From: a virus | Lineage: Duplodnaviria > Caudoviricetes | Length of the DNA: 32,346 nucleotides | Virus record (IMG/VR): IMGVR_UViG_3300034018_002494 | Location: 1-32,346 of that record | Reading direction: 5' to 3' (one strand) | Shown: one piece after another, positions 15,601 through 27,100 of the stretch | How positions within the stretch are numbered: position 1 is the stretch's first letter | Layout: each line of letters opens with the position of its first letter | Notes under the pieces: generated by a model | Databases searched by the model: none | What the model was told of the DNA's origin: nothing | What the model saw: only the letters and a program-made list of their open reading frames with translations | Program-made: the position numbers and the translations under genes

Positions 15601-18146
15601 AAATTAGGGTCATCATAATCTAATATTTTCTTATAAAGAATTTGTTGTTCAGAATTACCTAATAGTTTTTTATAATTAGATTTAGTAGTACCTTTATTCA
15701 TAGAAGTTTTATAATCTAAAGATTTTATTTCTCCATCTTTAGTTATTTCTAATAAATCTATTGTTCCAGCTATTTTAGTTTTAGTATTAGCAACCATTAA
15801 TTCAGCAGATAACACAGAACCTTGTTTTTTAGCAGCTTCTATAACTGGTTTAATAATAGCTAATATATTATTTCTACTAATATCAGGTAATGTAGATAAA
15901 GAAAATTGTTTATTATCAGGAGCATCTACAAGTTCTATAGTTTTAAAATGTTTATTAAAATCAGGAAAAGCTTCTTTTACAGCATTAGCTGCAATAGCAT
16001 GAAACATGTTTCCTAAAAACTGACTCATTTCTGTATCTTTATTTCCTAAACCAAAAGTTTTTTGTGTTATACTAGTTACCCTTTTATATCCTTTTTCACC
16101 AAGAACTACGTATTCATCTCCTTCTTTACTAATTTTACCAACAGGATTTATTTTATCATAAATTTCCTTTTGATTTTTAGGTTCCACTTTTCTATTAAAA
16201 GCTACTTTATCATTTTTTTGACCACGAGTAAACTCTTTAAATCCTTCTATATCTTGTTTAGAACCTAATATGTGAATTTGTTCTGGTTCAAATACTACAT
16301 ACTCATCAGAACCTAATAAAGAATCATAACCTTTTTCTTTATAAAACTCATATAAAAATGGTCTGTTTGTTAGAGAGATAACTTTATTATTTAAGCTTTC
16401 TTCTCTATCATTTAATTGTTTTAAACTATATCCTCTATTGTCATTTTCGTCTATAAAATCTTGAAAATCTATAAATAAATTTATATCTTCATCTCTTTTA
16501 TCTGTCCTTGCTAGATTATATATATTTAATAAATTTTGACTATTTATAATAACCTGTTTAATATTAGACCCATAAACTTTAGCGTAATTTTTATTTTTAG
16601 TTAAAAAAATACCATTTTCAAATTGTTTTATGAAAGCATCAAAATCTTTATCAGTACCATGATAAACAATATCTTTTACTTTACTATCAGGAAATATAGT
16701 ATCTAAGTATTGAGAGTATAGTTGTAGAGCTTGTTGTTTTTGTTGTGGGGTTATTTGATTATTAATAGATATAAACCCTGTTTCAGTTTTTTTAGCTAAC
16801 CCTTGTTTAATTAAACTATTCCAAACTCTATTAGCTTCATCAGTAGCCATAAAACTTTCTAAAGGTTTATCTGCAATTTGCATAGCAGCTTTATAAGTTT
16901 CTACTCCTAGTCCTTTACCTCTAAATTCTTGTTTAATGTTTACATCACCAATAGATATTGTATCACCTTCTAAGTCAGAAGGAATGTCTATTGTTCCAAT
17001 AGTTTCATTGTTATAAATTATGTTATATGTATCAGCAAACTTCTTTTGTAATATTACTTTAGAAGTTACAGTATTATCAAACCCTAAAGTTTCATATACT
17101 TGATTAGCTAATTCAGGAGTAGAATCAAATAATTCTTGTACTCCTGGTTTAATATTAACAATTTCATTTAAATTAACAACTCCTTGTTTTAAATTAAATA
17201 TGTCAGATAATGTTTGTAAAGAAGTTTCAGCAGATAAAGTAGATAACTTTAATTCTTTTCTACCAAAAACATCTTTTAACATTGTAGTTAAAAAACGTAA
17301 TAATTTTTCTACAGCTTTTTCAAATAAACTACCTGTTTTAAGATTATAATCTTTTTTAGCAAGTATAGTTAATGCACGTACAGCAATTTCTTCAGCTTGT
17401 TCTTCTTTATCGTATTTTAAATCTATTACTTCTTGTAATATTTGTTTTCCTCTATTAGTAGCAAGAATATCAGCTACAATATTTTGAAATAAAGAAGGAT
17501 TATATTTATTTAAGGCTCTCATAAACGGATGACCATATTCATGAATAGCTGAATCTAAATCTAAACCATCTCCATTATCAACAATATATACTTTGTTACC
17601 AAAATAAAATCCAGTTTCATTATTGTAACCATCTCTAGTATTTGATAATAACCCTTTTGCTTCAGCAGGTGATATTATTTGATAATCTACTTTAAATCTA
17701 TTTTTAAGTTTATCAAGTATAGTAATAACCGTTTGATTAGGTAACATATCACCTTCAGTTTTATTAAATAAAGCTAACTGAGAATTATTTCTTTTATCCC
17801 ATAATCTTTTTGCTATAGCAATTACCCATTTTCCAGCAGCATTTAATCTTGCTTCAAAATAATATTCTGGACTATTGTTATTAACAGTAGCCCATTTTTT
17901 AGCAGCAGATTCAGTTAAGTCTTTAATAGTTCCTTCTACATTTAAAAGATTATATTGTTTATATATATCTATATTTTTAGACCAAGGTAAAAAAGGCATA
18001 CCTAAATCTACATGAGTAGGTATTTTGCCTTCATTACCATTGCTTTGCCATACAGCTATTTTAGCAGCAACAGCCGCAGCAGGCAGTCCTGTAATTTCAG
18101 AAAGTTTGGTAACATTGCCGTTATTTTTATTTATACACGTACTCAT
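12618..18146 (-). CDS. Large polyvalent virion/ejection protein: zincin (HExxH), GNAT, ART-like and PD-(D/E)xK nuclease domains, helical C-terminus
   Basis: HEYGH (17529-17543); QEFRGKGLG acetyl-CoA motif (about 16905-16932); VYHGT...GIFLT...EYVVF (about 16260-16670); GNMFH...E...AGTIDLL...LDYKTS (about 15700-16015). Directly follows the RNAP gene. Confidence 0.75.
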   Translation of the reverse strand: MSTCINKNNGNVTKLSEITGLPAAAVAAKIAVWQSNGNEGKIPTHVDLGMPFLPWSKNIDIYKQYNLLNVEGTIKDLTESAAKKWATVNNNSPEYYFEARLNAAGKWVIAIAKRLWDKRNNSQLALFNKTEGDMLPNQTVITILDKLKNRFKVDYQIISPAEAKGLLSNTRDGYNNETGFYFGNKVYIVDNGDGLDLDSAIHEYGHPFMRALNKYNPSLFQNIVADILATNRGKQILQEVIDLKYDKEEQAEEIAVRALTILAKKDYNLKTGSLFEKAVEKLLRFLTTMLKDVFGRKELKLSTLSAETSLQTLSDIFNLKQGVVNLNEIVNIKPGVQELFDSTPELANQVYETLGFDNTVTSKVILQKKFADTYNIIYNNETIGTIDIPSDLEGDTISIGDVNIKQEFRGKGLGVETYKAAMQIADKPLESFMATDEANRVWNSLIKQGLAKKTETGFISINNQITPQQKQQALQLYSQYLDTIFPDSKVKDIVYHGTDKDFDAFIKQFENGIFLTKNKNYAKVYGSNIKQVIINSQNLLNIYNLARTDKRDEDINLFIDFQDFIDENDNRGYSLKQLNDREESLNNKVISLTNRPFLYEFYKEKGYDSLLGSDEYVVFEPEQIHILGSKQDIEGFKEFTRGQKNDKVAFNRKVEPKNQKEIYDKINPVGKISKEGDEYVVLGEKGYKRVTSITQKTFGLGNKDTEMSQFLGNMFHAIAANAVKEAFPDFNKHFKTIELVDAPDNKQFSLSTLPDISRNNILAIIKPVIEAAKKQGSVLSAELMVANTKTKIAGTIDLLEITKDGEIKSLDYKTSMNKGTTKSNYKKLLGNSEQQILYKKILDYDDPNLGREGINIKYQELMKIVSYMKDGIPTFKVLETSPVIYQTSLDKRKNEMLGELFNQIKMLDNKKDKNNIEKINALMDAKLKLMQSIQKGVKDNEMLSVIMEDLIAIEVFMSENKNINNYIEFRKDLSMYENIGSFINITKENTDLIEKIQGRAKRLYQQMYSNIEENFANNAAKDLSFEGSIITSPEDVLAPVKDINAYQANFKGASYISNPIVAYIYKTVSTAIAKARKQSSEMSSKINKAVKNLESYMGMTGEKIYEPLLQYLNGKPTGYLVDKYSSVFYEERKNAKKNGDLNWFKNNTILDTESYNKKKNSYVEFLKNKFNADLLVKIESLKKSKKYKEEIIESEAKKYVTKDHNLALAKWIKDNNNIMLFNIPTDKWIDSKWKEIKEGKYKGTPVEEFYDMYTSTMESIEDFVPFDIRKNYIAEFKRSFIERIITNGIGDMKLGESLVNSISMTSDDSYLEINPFTGKYVRNIPILGKMQIPFKNKKSFIENEKSYDLGKSLTIFFESAMRYHELSLVEHVHETGRDILLNQKEQILTASGEEAKGGFNLSKTAKGLENTINSLDYFIQSTVYGKSTDEGSSFTVEKESFVGRVFDSLGMMGEKSEINISSVKLLNSILRYTGLNNLGYNLYSPITNLLGGKSMQLLMGVGGRWYDVKDYSFASSVVSLGPFSNLTEDARKARLFIDMFQLQSSEYSDKEKEKNSTGFKAFSSIPGPMSGMTSTESHMQNAGLIAMIKSNKHSIKWNDWKVVNDELQYIGENSLDEGVKEAFRQKVLHVNGRALGNMNPDDKIKIKQFFLGRAITQHRGWIPAMLEAHWSSKKYNYVLGEYVEGRFNTLIRFVTINKLNWKNLSNEDKANVKEAIAEISIILLAYGLYAAVAGSDEDKEKRKKLKYLLKVLSRYKSEMMFFTGFGYADMHKILISPAPSISTLERFGRLLGSIKDISVSDEKDLEKIEKKLKKNVGQMIPYWSQGSRFFDDIVKNEINEVK

Positions 18147-18151
18147 ATTTT

Positions 18152-21100
18152 TTATTTTGGTTGATTACATTTAATTGCGTTTTCTTGTTCTTCTTTAGTA
18201 AGTAAGCTAAATACTTTTTCTGTTATACCTACACTAGTAAGTTGTTTAGATTGAGCTACTGTTAAATTATCCCAAGCTGAAGTTTGTGATGTTGAAGTTT
18301 TATCACTTTCATTTAAAATTTCATCATTTTCAGATTCAACATTAAAATTTTGTCCAATTAAACCGTTATTAAATTTATTATTACTTTTAATATTAACTTT
18401 ATTAAATCTTACAGTATTAGATGTTTCTAATCCTCTTTCGTACAAAGCTATATTTTTTTGATTAGTTTTTGTTAAAAAAAGTGAATCTCTATATTTAATA
18501 TTACTTGAATCAATAGTAAAATATTCAGGTAAACCTGCTTTATTATCTAATATGTCATTTCTTCCAACTTTATTAGCCATGCCTTTTATAGAATAAACGT
18601 TTTTAACAAGTTCAGACATCATTTCTATTTCAGTTATAACAGGTTCTTTTAAAAGATTTCTTGTTATTTCTACAAAATCTGCTACAGGAATATACTTATA
18701 AAAAGAAATAACTGATTGTACAACACCTGTTTGAAAAAAAGAAACTTTAATTAAATCTTGATACAATCTAGGATTTTTTTGTTTTAAATCAATAAACGCA
18801 TCGTTTATTACTTGTTCTAAATCCGAATCTATTTTAACAGTATTATCAAATTTAATAATATCAGGCTCATTATCTTTAGTTGCAAAATCAACAGTTAATA
18901 AATTATCAAATAAATAATTACCTTTCATTGCATCACTTCTAATTAACGAAGCTATTTGTTTAGCTACAGAAGTTGAACTTAACATATGTTCTTTCCACCA
19001 ATCTTCTTTTGTATAATTAGATTTTACTTTAACAGGGTCATTTTGAATATCAAAATCAACAAGATTATTTTGTAAAATAATATTTGTAAGCATAGCATAT
19101 ATTTTATATATGTTTTCTGAATTAAGTTGAGATTTAGAATAAAGCATATCAAATACATCATTTAATACTTGTTTTGCAACATATCCTTGTTTTTCTACTA
19201 ATACAGTATTATTATATAAAGTTATAGCTAAATCTAATACATTTTCTTTAAAAGAATTTAACATACTATTTTTTACTAAAGCTTCTACTCCTATATATAA
19301 AGTTCTAGGCATATGTCTATTAGAACCAATTATTCTTCCATATTTATATTCAGAAATTCTTGATTCAGGTAAGTTTTTTCCAGCTCCTTCTGTATCAAAT
19401 TTTATAGAAGATATTATTTTACGTCTTTCAGATGCCCATTCTTTATAAAATAAAAAATCGTCTAATAAATTAAGTTGTTCTAAAGAAGGTTTTTTTATAA
19501 ATTCTAAAAGCTCTTCGCTATTATATTTTTTAGGATTTGTATTATCTTTAGGTATATGTAATTCATCAGCATCAAGATTATCAGATGCTTCTAAAAATTC
19601 AGAAGGTATAGCTGTTCCTCCAAACTTTGCTCTAGCATTAAGAATAATATCTGATTCTGTTGAACTTTCATTAAATTGAATTCTTCTAAGTTTGTTTAAC
19701 ATACTTTTTCTTTTCTCCATTCCTTTTACATATTCTATAATAATAGGTTGAGTCATAAATCTACATACCCAAGATAAAGGAAGACCAATACTTATTAAGT
19801 AATAATGTAAATCATTAGTAACACCATTTGCATTTAATTTAAAAATAAAAGGTTTGTTTGCAGCATCCACATTTGCAGTAAGATGTTGATTAGCTTGAAT
19901 ATCCATAATAGATTTACCTTCTGTATTATTTTGTTTACCAAAAATAATATCTCCATCTTCATCTGTCCAAAAACTACCATCAGGAGCATACATTCTTTTT
20001 GAATATTTAGCTTGAGCAATAGGATTAAGTTGAGTAAGAGCAGTAAATACACCTTGACTAGCTGCTTGACCAACACCTAATTTAGCTGACCATAAATTTT
20101 TAGCTACTTTTATATTAGTAGAAGTAAAAAATTGTTTCACGCCTTTATAATCAGTAGTAAGTTTATAAGGATTTGTTTGAGCGTTATTGATTTCTGTAGC
20201 TTGGTCTTCTAAATCTTGAGCAGAGTTAGGGTTAACATAATCGTTAAATCTATCTACATCTAAAAGTCTTTCTTGAATTAAAGTAAAAAGTCTTTCTTGT
20301 AAAAATATTTTTTTATATTTTTTCAAGAAACGCTCAGAATTCTCTTTCATTTTCTTTAGTTTATCTAAAGCTTTATCATAATCATTTTGTTTAAAACCTG
20401 CTTCAACTAAAAGTTCTTTAAACTCTTCATATTCATCATCTATGTTTAAAGTTTCCATATCGGGAACCATTACAGATTCTAAATAAGAAATAAAACTTTC
20501 TAATTTTTTAACTTTAGATTTATAATATTCTTCAGGATTAAGAGTTATACTGTCAAAATTATTAGTTTTTTTGTTATAAAAATAGTTTCTTAAAAACATA
20601 TTAATTTTATCCACGTCAAAGTCAGAACCTGATTGCATTGTAATTTCATAAGGAACAGCAGCTAATTGGTCAGCAGATTTAGGTAAAAATCCAACTACTT
20701 TAAAAGACACCATTGAATTAAGACCTTGAGTAGGAATACGATAACCTATTGCTTCTAATAATTCAGGAGTTATAAGATTAATATCTTTAATTGTTTCTTT
20801 AAAAATATAAGGAAGAAGAATTTCAGCAGAATAAACTTTATTATCTTTTATATTTAAAAATCCTAATCTTGCATTTTCATTGTTAAAAACACCATTTACA
20901 TAATGTGATTCGTAAAAATGACTATTTTTTAAAATTTCTCCTTTTTTTACAGCAGCTAATAAACTTTTTTCATCTGCGTATTCAAAACCAACAGAAGAAG
21001 CTTGTACATAAGAACGTCCTCTCATATATTGTTTTTGAATACGATTATTAAGTAAAGAGTTCATTAAGTTTTGAATCTTATCTCTAGTAGGAAGAACGTC

Positions 21101-24100
21101 AATTGTTAAAGATTGGTCTTTAAGATAATCTAAACCTATAATAACATTATCTGACTCTTCTCTTTCAATAGCAGATTCTTTAAATAACTCAATTAATTTT
21201 TTCCATGCACTTTCGTTCAAATCTCCTTGTTTTAATTCTTCAGGTGATATATCTAAGAAATCAGCTAACGCTTCTACTTCTAAAGAAATTAAATCTTTAA
21301 TTGTTTGAGTATATTCAACAGAAGCATTTTCATTTTTTATATCAAAACCAGCATCAGCAATATTTTGTTCAATTAATTTTCTAAGCTGAGTACCAAATAA
21401 CTGCTCCATTTTATCTCCTTTAGGAGCAATATCTACTTGTATTTTTAAATCTTTTACATTTAAAATATGAGTTGCATTTTCATTAGCTTCTTCAGAATAA
21501 AAGTTGTCTTTTTCTTTAGGAGTACCTACTTTATTACCACTTTCAAATATATACATACTTGAACCAGAATTATAAAGTTTTTGTTGCATTTTTTCCAATT
21601 GTCTACCTTTAATCATAGAAGGTAGTAAAGGATAAATTGAAAACTTATAATATACATTTTGTTCATTAGTTGTTTCTGAACCAAAATGTACAAGTTTCAT
21701 TGGAGGAAATAATCCTGAATGAGATTCATTATTTATTTCTTTAAGAAAATTACTTTCATTTTCTGTTGACCATTGACCTGTACGAATACTATATTCTCTA
21801 TAAAATTCAAAAGTAACTAATCCTTGTGCATCAACAGGATTAAGTTTATCGTATTGATTATGATTTAAACGAGAAGCATAATCTTTAGCATAAGCACTAG
21901 CTACTTCAATATCTTTACCTACAATAGATTTAAAATGATGAATGTTAGAAGGTAAAGCTTCTAATTGTTCACTTGTCATATTGTATTTTTTACGAGTTTC
22001 AGCAATAAATTCATCTACATAATTATCTATAGAAGCTAAACGTCCATTTGCTCTAATAGCAGGAGACCTTTTAAATAAAGCTTTATATTGAGATGGTGCT
22101 CCAAAAAATACATTCATTTGTTCAATATTTGTAACAAATTCAGTAAGAATTAGTCCTCCAACAAGAGCTTTTATTTTATCTTGCATTGAGTTACCAACTG
22201 TACTATCTGTAATATTTTTAGGAATTATAGATTTTACATTATTTTTAGAATCCAAACCAATAAATTCTGAACTAAGTTGTAAAGTTTCTAAATAATTTAT
22301 AGTTAAATACTGAGATAACTTTTCAGCAAATTGTTTTTTATCAGTAAAAGGAGAATTTCCATTCATTTCTTCAAATATTCCAGCAGCAGTTCCGCTTTCT
22401 TCATAATAATTTAACTCTTTCATTTTAGAGTCATACTCTATATAATTTTGATAAACGTTCCATAATCTTTCAACTGCTCTGTGAGATTCAGAAAGAGATA
22501 TTATTAATTTATCAGAATCAGCAAATTTAATTTCATCAGGACTATATATTAATTCTTCTTTATTTAATTGTAAACCAAAGACAAATTTTTTATCTGCCAT
22601 TTGTATGAAATTAACTGTGTTTTTTTGATGTAAATTAACAATACGATTTAAAAGCATATCTTCTTCTGTAAAAGAAGATATATGTTCTCCTTGCTCTCCT
22701 TGTTCAGAAAACCTTTGACCATCAATACCAACAACAGTTACATTGCCATATTGAATAGCTTCCCACAATTCACTTCCTTTTGCTATTATAGGTTTTGTAA
22801 TTTTATCTTTAATGTCTTTAATTCTTTGGTATAAATATGAAGGTTTAACGTATCCAAATATAGTTTCTCCTTGACTATTTTTCATTTGTGATTCAACACT
22901 TGCATTATATAAAGGACTTTCTAATTCAACAAGTTCTTTTAAATTATTATTATATGCACTTATTTTTTCTCTAACTTTTTTATCAAATTCTGCGTTTTCT
23001 CTAATATAATCTTCTAAATTAAACATAAACGCACTAAATCCTTGTATTTCAGGAGTTTTACTGTTACCTGTTTTAATTATTTTAATTGGTAATTCAAAAA
23101 AACTTTTTCTAAAAGAATCTATAGCTTTTAATAAATTAGAATCTTTAATATTACCTCTAATATCTAAGTTTAAAGCATTTACAAAATCTAAAATAGGCAT
23201 TTTTAATAATTTTTCCGCATTAGCTTTACTAATATATCTTTGACCATTAAGTACGCTAACATAAGAAGACATCATTGATTTTGAAGCCCAGTAAGATTTC
23301 ATTTTATTATTAATAGTTTGTTCCATACTATCTACAGTAGTAGCAGTATTATTACTATAATATAATGTTGTCATTACAGGTTGTTTCGATAAACTCATAG
23401 CATCTTGAAATTCTGTTTTAAAAAGAACAGATTCAATATTATTATCTAATACGTCTATAGATTGTAATATTTGTTTAGCAATAGATATTTTCTTTTGTTC
23501 ATATACACTATTAGCATTTTGTGAAGCTTCATCTCTTAAAATTTCTAACATTTCTGCAAATGAAAACTTATCATGTAGCATATGAGTTAAATAAGCTTTA
23601 ATTTCAGAAAAAGGTATAGTTTTATATAAAGCATATTCTGTTTTTGGAGAAGTAACATCTATAATACTACTAAATAAAAATTTAATTCTATCTGATATTC
23701 CAGTAAAAGAAGAAACTTTTGCATAAGATTCTACCCAAGCATCATCTCTAGTTTTTTCTTCTTCTGATATTTCTATGTCAACACCTATTTCTGAAAGAGC
23801 ATTATCTTTAAAATGTTGTAAAAACCATTGAGGGTCTTTATTAAAAGCACTATTTGGAAAAGCAGCAAATCTTTCAATTGCCATTTTTTCAAAATCAAGC
23901 ATGTTAGTTTTTACATTTATTTTATAAAAAGGTATTTTGTTAATTAACATAAATGCTCTAAAATAAGTTAATAAAGCTTCATTTATATTATGATGTTCAG
24001 TAGGAGTAAATTCAACATTAGGTAAATCAGAAGTTCTTGTAAAAAAACCTGATTTTTCTTTACCTAATCTATTGATATATTTTGTTTGATTATAATAACC

Positions 24101-27100
24101 ATCATTAATTTTAGCAAATATTTCATTAACTGTTTCAACTTTCATTCCTAAAAGCTTTTTAATAAAGTTTAAAAGTTTTTGAAATATATTATTTTGAACT
24201 TCAGGATATTTGACTTTACCATTTGTCATAACATATTCTCTAAAATCTTCAGCTAATATTTCTTCAGCTTCTCTATCAGTTAAATTATAATTATTTAATT
24301 TTTTTCTTACTTCGTTATAAAGAGATTTTCTTTGAGAAAGAGTTAAATACATTTGACTTACAAGGTGAAATGCTTCATGATATTCAGTACCTTCTTCAAA
24401 AGCATTACTTAATACAACAGTTCCATTATAAAAATAACCAAATAATGCTTTGTCATATCCAGCTACATAAATTAATCCATCTACAATAGAAACATCTACT
24501 CCCATTTTATCTTTCATCCATTTTTTTGCAGATTCAATATCTCCTTTTATATAAGGAGCTTCTTTACTTTTTTCTCTAGCAAATAAATCATTAATATCAT
24601 CATTTATACCTTTAGCATCAGGGTCTTGAGGAATATCATTAGGAGCAGTTACACTTTTTACTTCAGAAACAACTTCTCCAGTAACATTATCTACATATTC
24701 TGTAACAGGTTCTGTTCCGTTATTTTTTATAACAACATTTATTTCAGCAAGAGCATTATCTATTTGAACAGCTAAATCGTTAGTTTTAGTTTCACTAAAA
24801 TCCCAAGGTATTTCTTTATTTTGTTTTTCTAATTTAGCTTTAGCTAAAGATATAATTCTACCTTTAACTTGTTTAACAAGTCTTGTTTTACTTTCATATA
24901 CAGGTTTTCCTTTATTGTCACCTGTAGTTGATAATATAAAGTAGTCATTTACTCCTTTTTCAACAACTATATAATTATTCTTTTTAAAATTTTGTATTGG
25001 ATAAGAACCTTTAACAAATATCTTATCTGTTGTTGTAACAACTTGCGTACCTTTACCTTGAGCAGAAGTTAAATTTACTACTGTACCATCTATACTAATA
25101 ACAACATATTCTTTATCATTATGTAAAACAAGAGAACCTATTTTTAAATCTTTATCGTTTTCATTAAAAATTTTAGCATAAGCTTTTCTTTTAACAGGTT
25201 TTTTACCAAAAACAGCTTTAGTAGGATTGTTTAATTTTTTAAGAGCTTCAAATTTTTCAGGAGAATCTTTGTAAAACTCTTTTGCAAAATCTATAAAAGA
25301 AGGAAATATAGGAATAGCATCTGGTCCTTTGCTTGCAGCAACAGCTGATGCTTCTCCCATTGCTTTTCTAAAAGCTTTAAATAAATCATCATATTCAGGC
25401 ATCGGAGTACCTGTAACATCATTACCATCATTTAACTCTTCCATATTTTTCATATATGTCGATTGTTCTTCAGAAGTCAACATATAAAATTGAAGTTTTG
25501 TAATAGGCTTAGTTAAATTTACAGGTTCTTTTTCTTCATTTTCTAATCCACTATCGCTTTCTTTACGAACTTTTCTAGGTCTTACTTTTAAAGTAGTATT
25601 AGGGTTTTCTCTAATTTGAGAATCAAAAGAAGCATATTTATTAAGTACAGTTCCTTCTGCCGATATATTAGTAGTTAAAGCAGCTTCAAAAGGTCCATTA
25701 CCTGCTAATAAATCTAAATAACTTACTTCATGCATTTTATCTCCTGTTGGAGAAAAAGTGGGTATGTTCATTTTAGTAAACATACGAGGTAAGTAATATT
25801 TATTTACGTGTCTTTTTTTATTTTTTAAAAAACTTCTAAGTTCTTCTAAATTATTTAAATTATTTTTTGAAATTTGAAATTTAGCACCATTAGCATCAGA
25901 ACCAAAATATAAAGTTCTAGCATGAACACCTTTACCAAAAAATATAGCAGTATTATCACTATATTTAGAAGTACCGAAAAATAAAAAAGCATCTAAAATA
26001 GAAGGAGTTTTTGCTTTTCCTGTTTTATTATAAGATAAAATGTCTACTTTTACTCCATCTAACTCTACAGTATCATTACCTTCTATATATTTAAGAATAA
26101 GAGGTAAAATTGTTTCTTCTATTTCTTTATCGTTTAAAGTACGAGTGTTTAATTCTTGATATTCGTAAACTGGTCCAGAAGCAGTATCTCCAACCTTAAC
26201 TCTTATGTAAGGACGTCCAGACCATTTAACATATTTCACATCTTTACCATTAATAATAATAGCTGGTTTTTTCTGGTCATTACTTAACATACTTACTTCA
26301 ATAGACACACCACCTGTTTTAACTGCTGGTGAGCTAAGTATATCTTTTAAAGGTTTCCATGAAGAAGTTATGTTAATAAATCCAGAACTTATATCTGTAA
26401 TATATACAAAACTATCTTGACCTTTATTAAATCTATCTTCAACAGTATCTCTAAAAGCTTGAAATTCTTCTAAAGTTTCTTTTATGTTAGGGTCACTAAA
26501 CCTTGAACCGTTACTAGCTAAATCTGCTGTATGTAAAACACAATATGCTTTTTGTCCATCTTTTTCTACAATTTTACCTTTACGATATAAATATCCTATT
26601 ATTACAGGAAGTTGAGTATCTGTTGGAGGAGTATATACACCTTCATCATTTAAAAATAACTCTTCATACATGTATTCTGGAGCAATTTCTAATTTTAAAG
26701 ATAAAGGGTCTTGAATATTATTTAACTCTTCATAAAATAAAGCACGACCTCTACTTAACCATAAATTTCGTCTATCACCTAAATTATTAAAAGTACCTTT
26801 TGATGTAGAACTAGCTCCTGCTGAAGCAAAAGGAGATGGTTTTTTAAAAGCCCAGTCTCTTTCAATTATTTCAGGTTCTTCATTTGATTCTCCATCACCT
26901 TCTTCTTCATAATCTAAATTAGTTATTTTATAATTATTTCCGTAAGTTTTATGAAAATCTAAAGTAACATCATTTCCTTTGTTATCAAGTATTACAGGTT
27001 TACCATTAGCATCAACAGATGAAAAAAAGTTATTTCCATCAAAAGATACAATTTTAAATTCTTCAGTTGGCAAATTGTTTTTAACAGCAGCTTCATTTAT

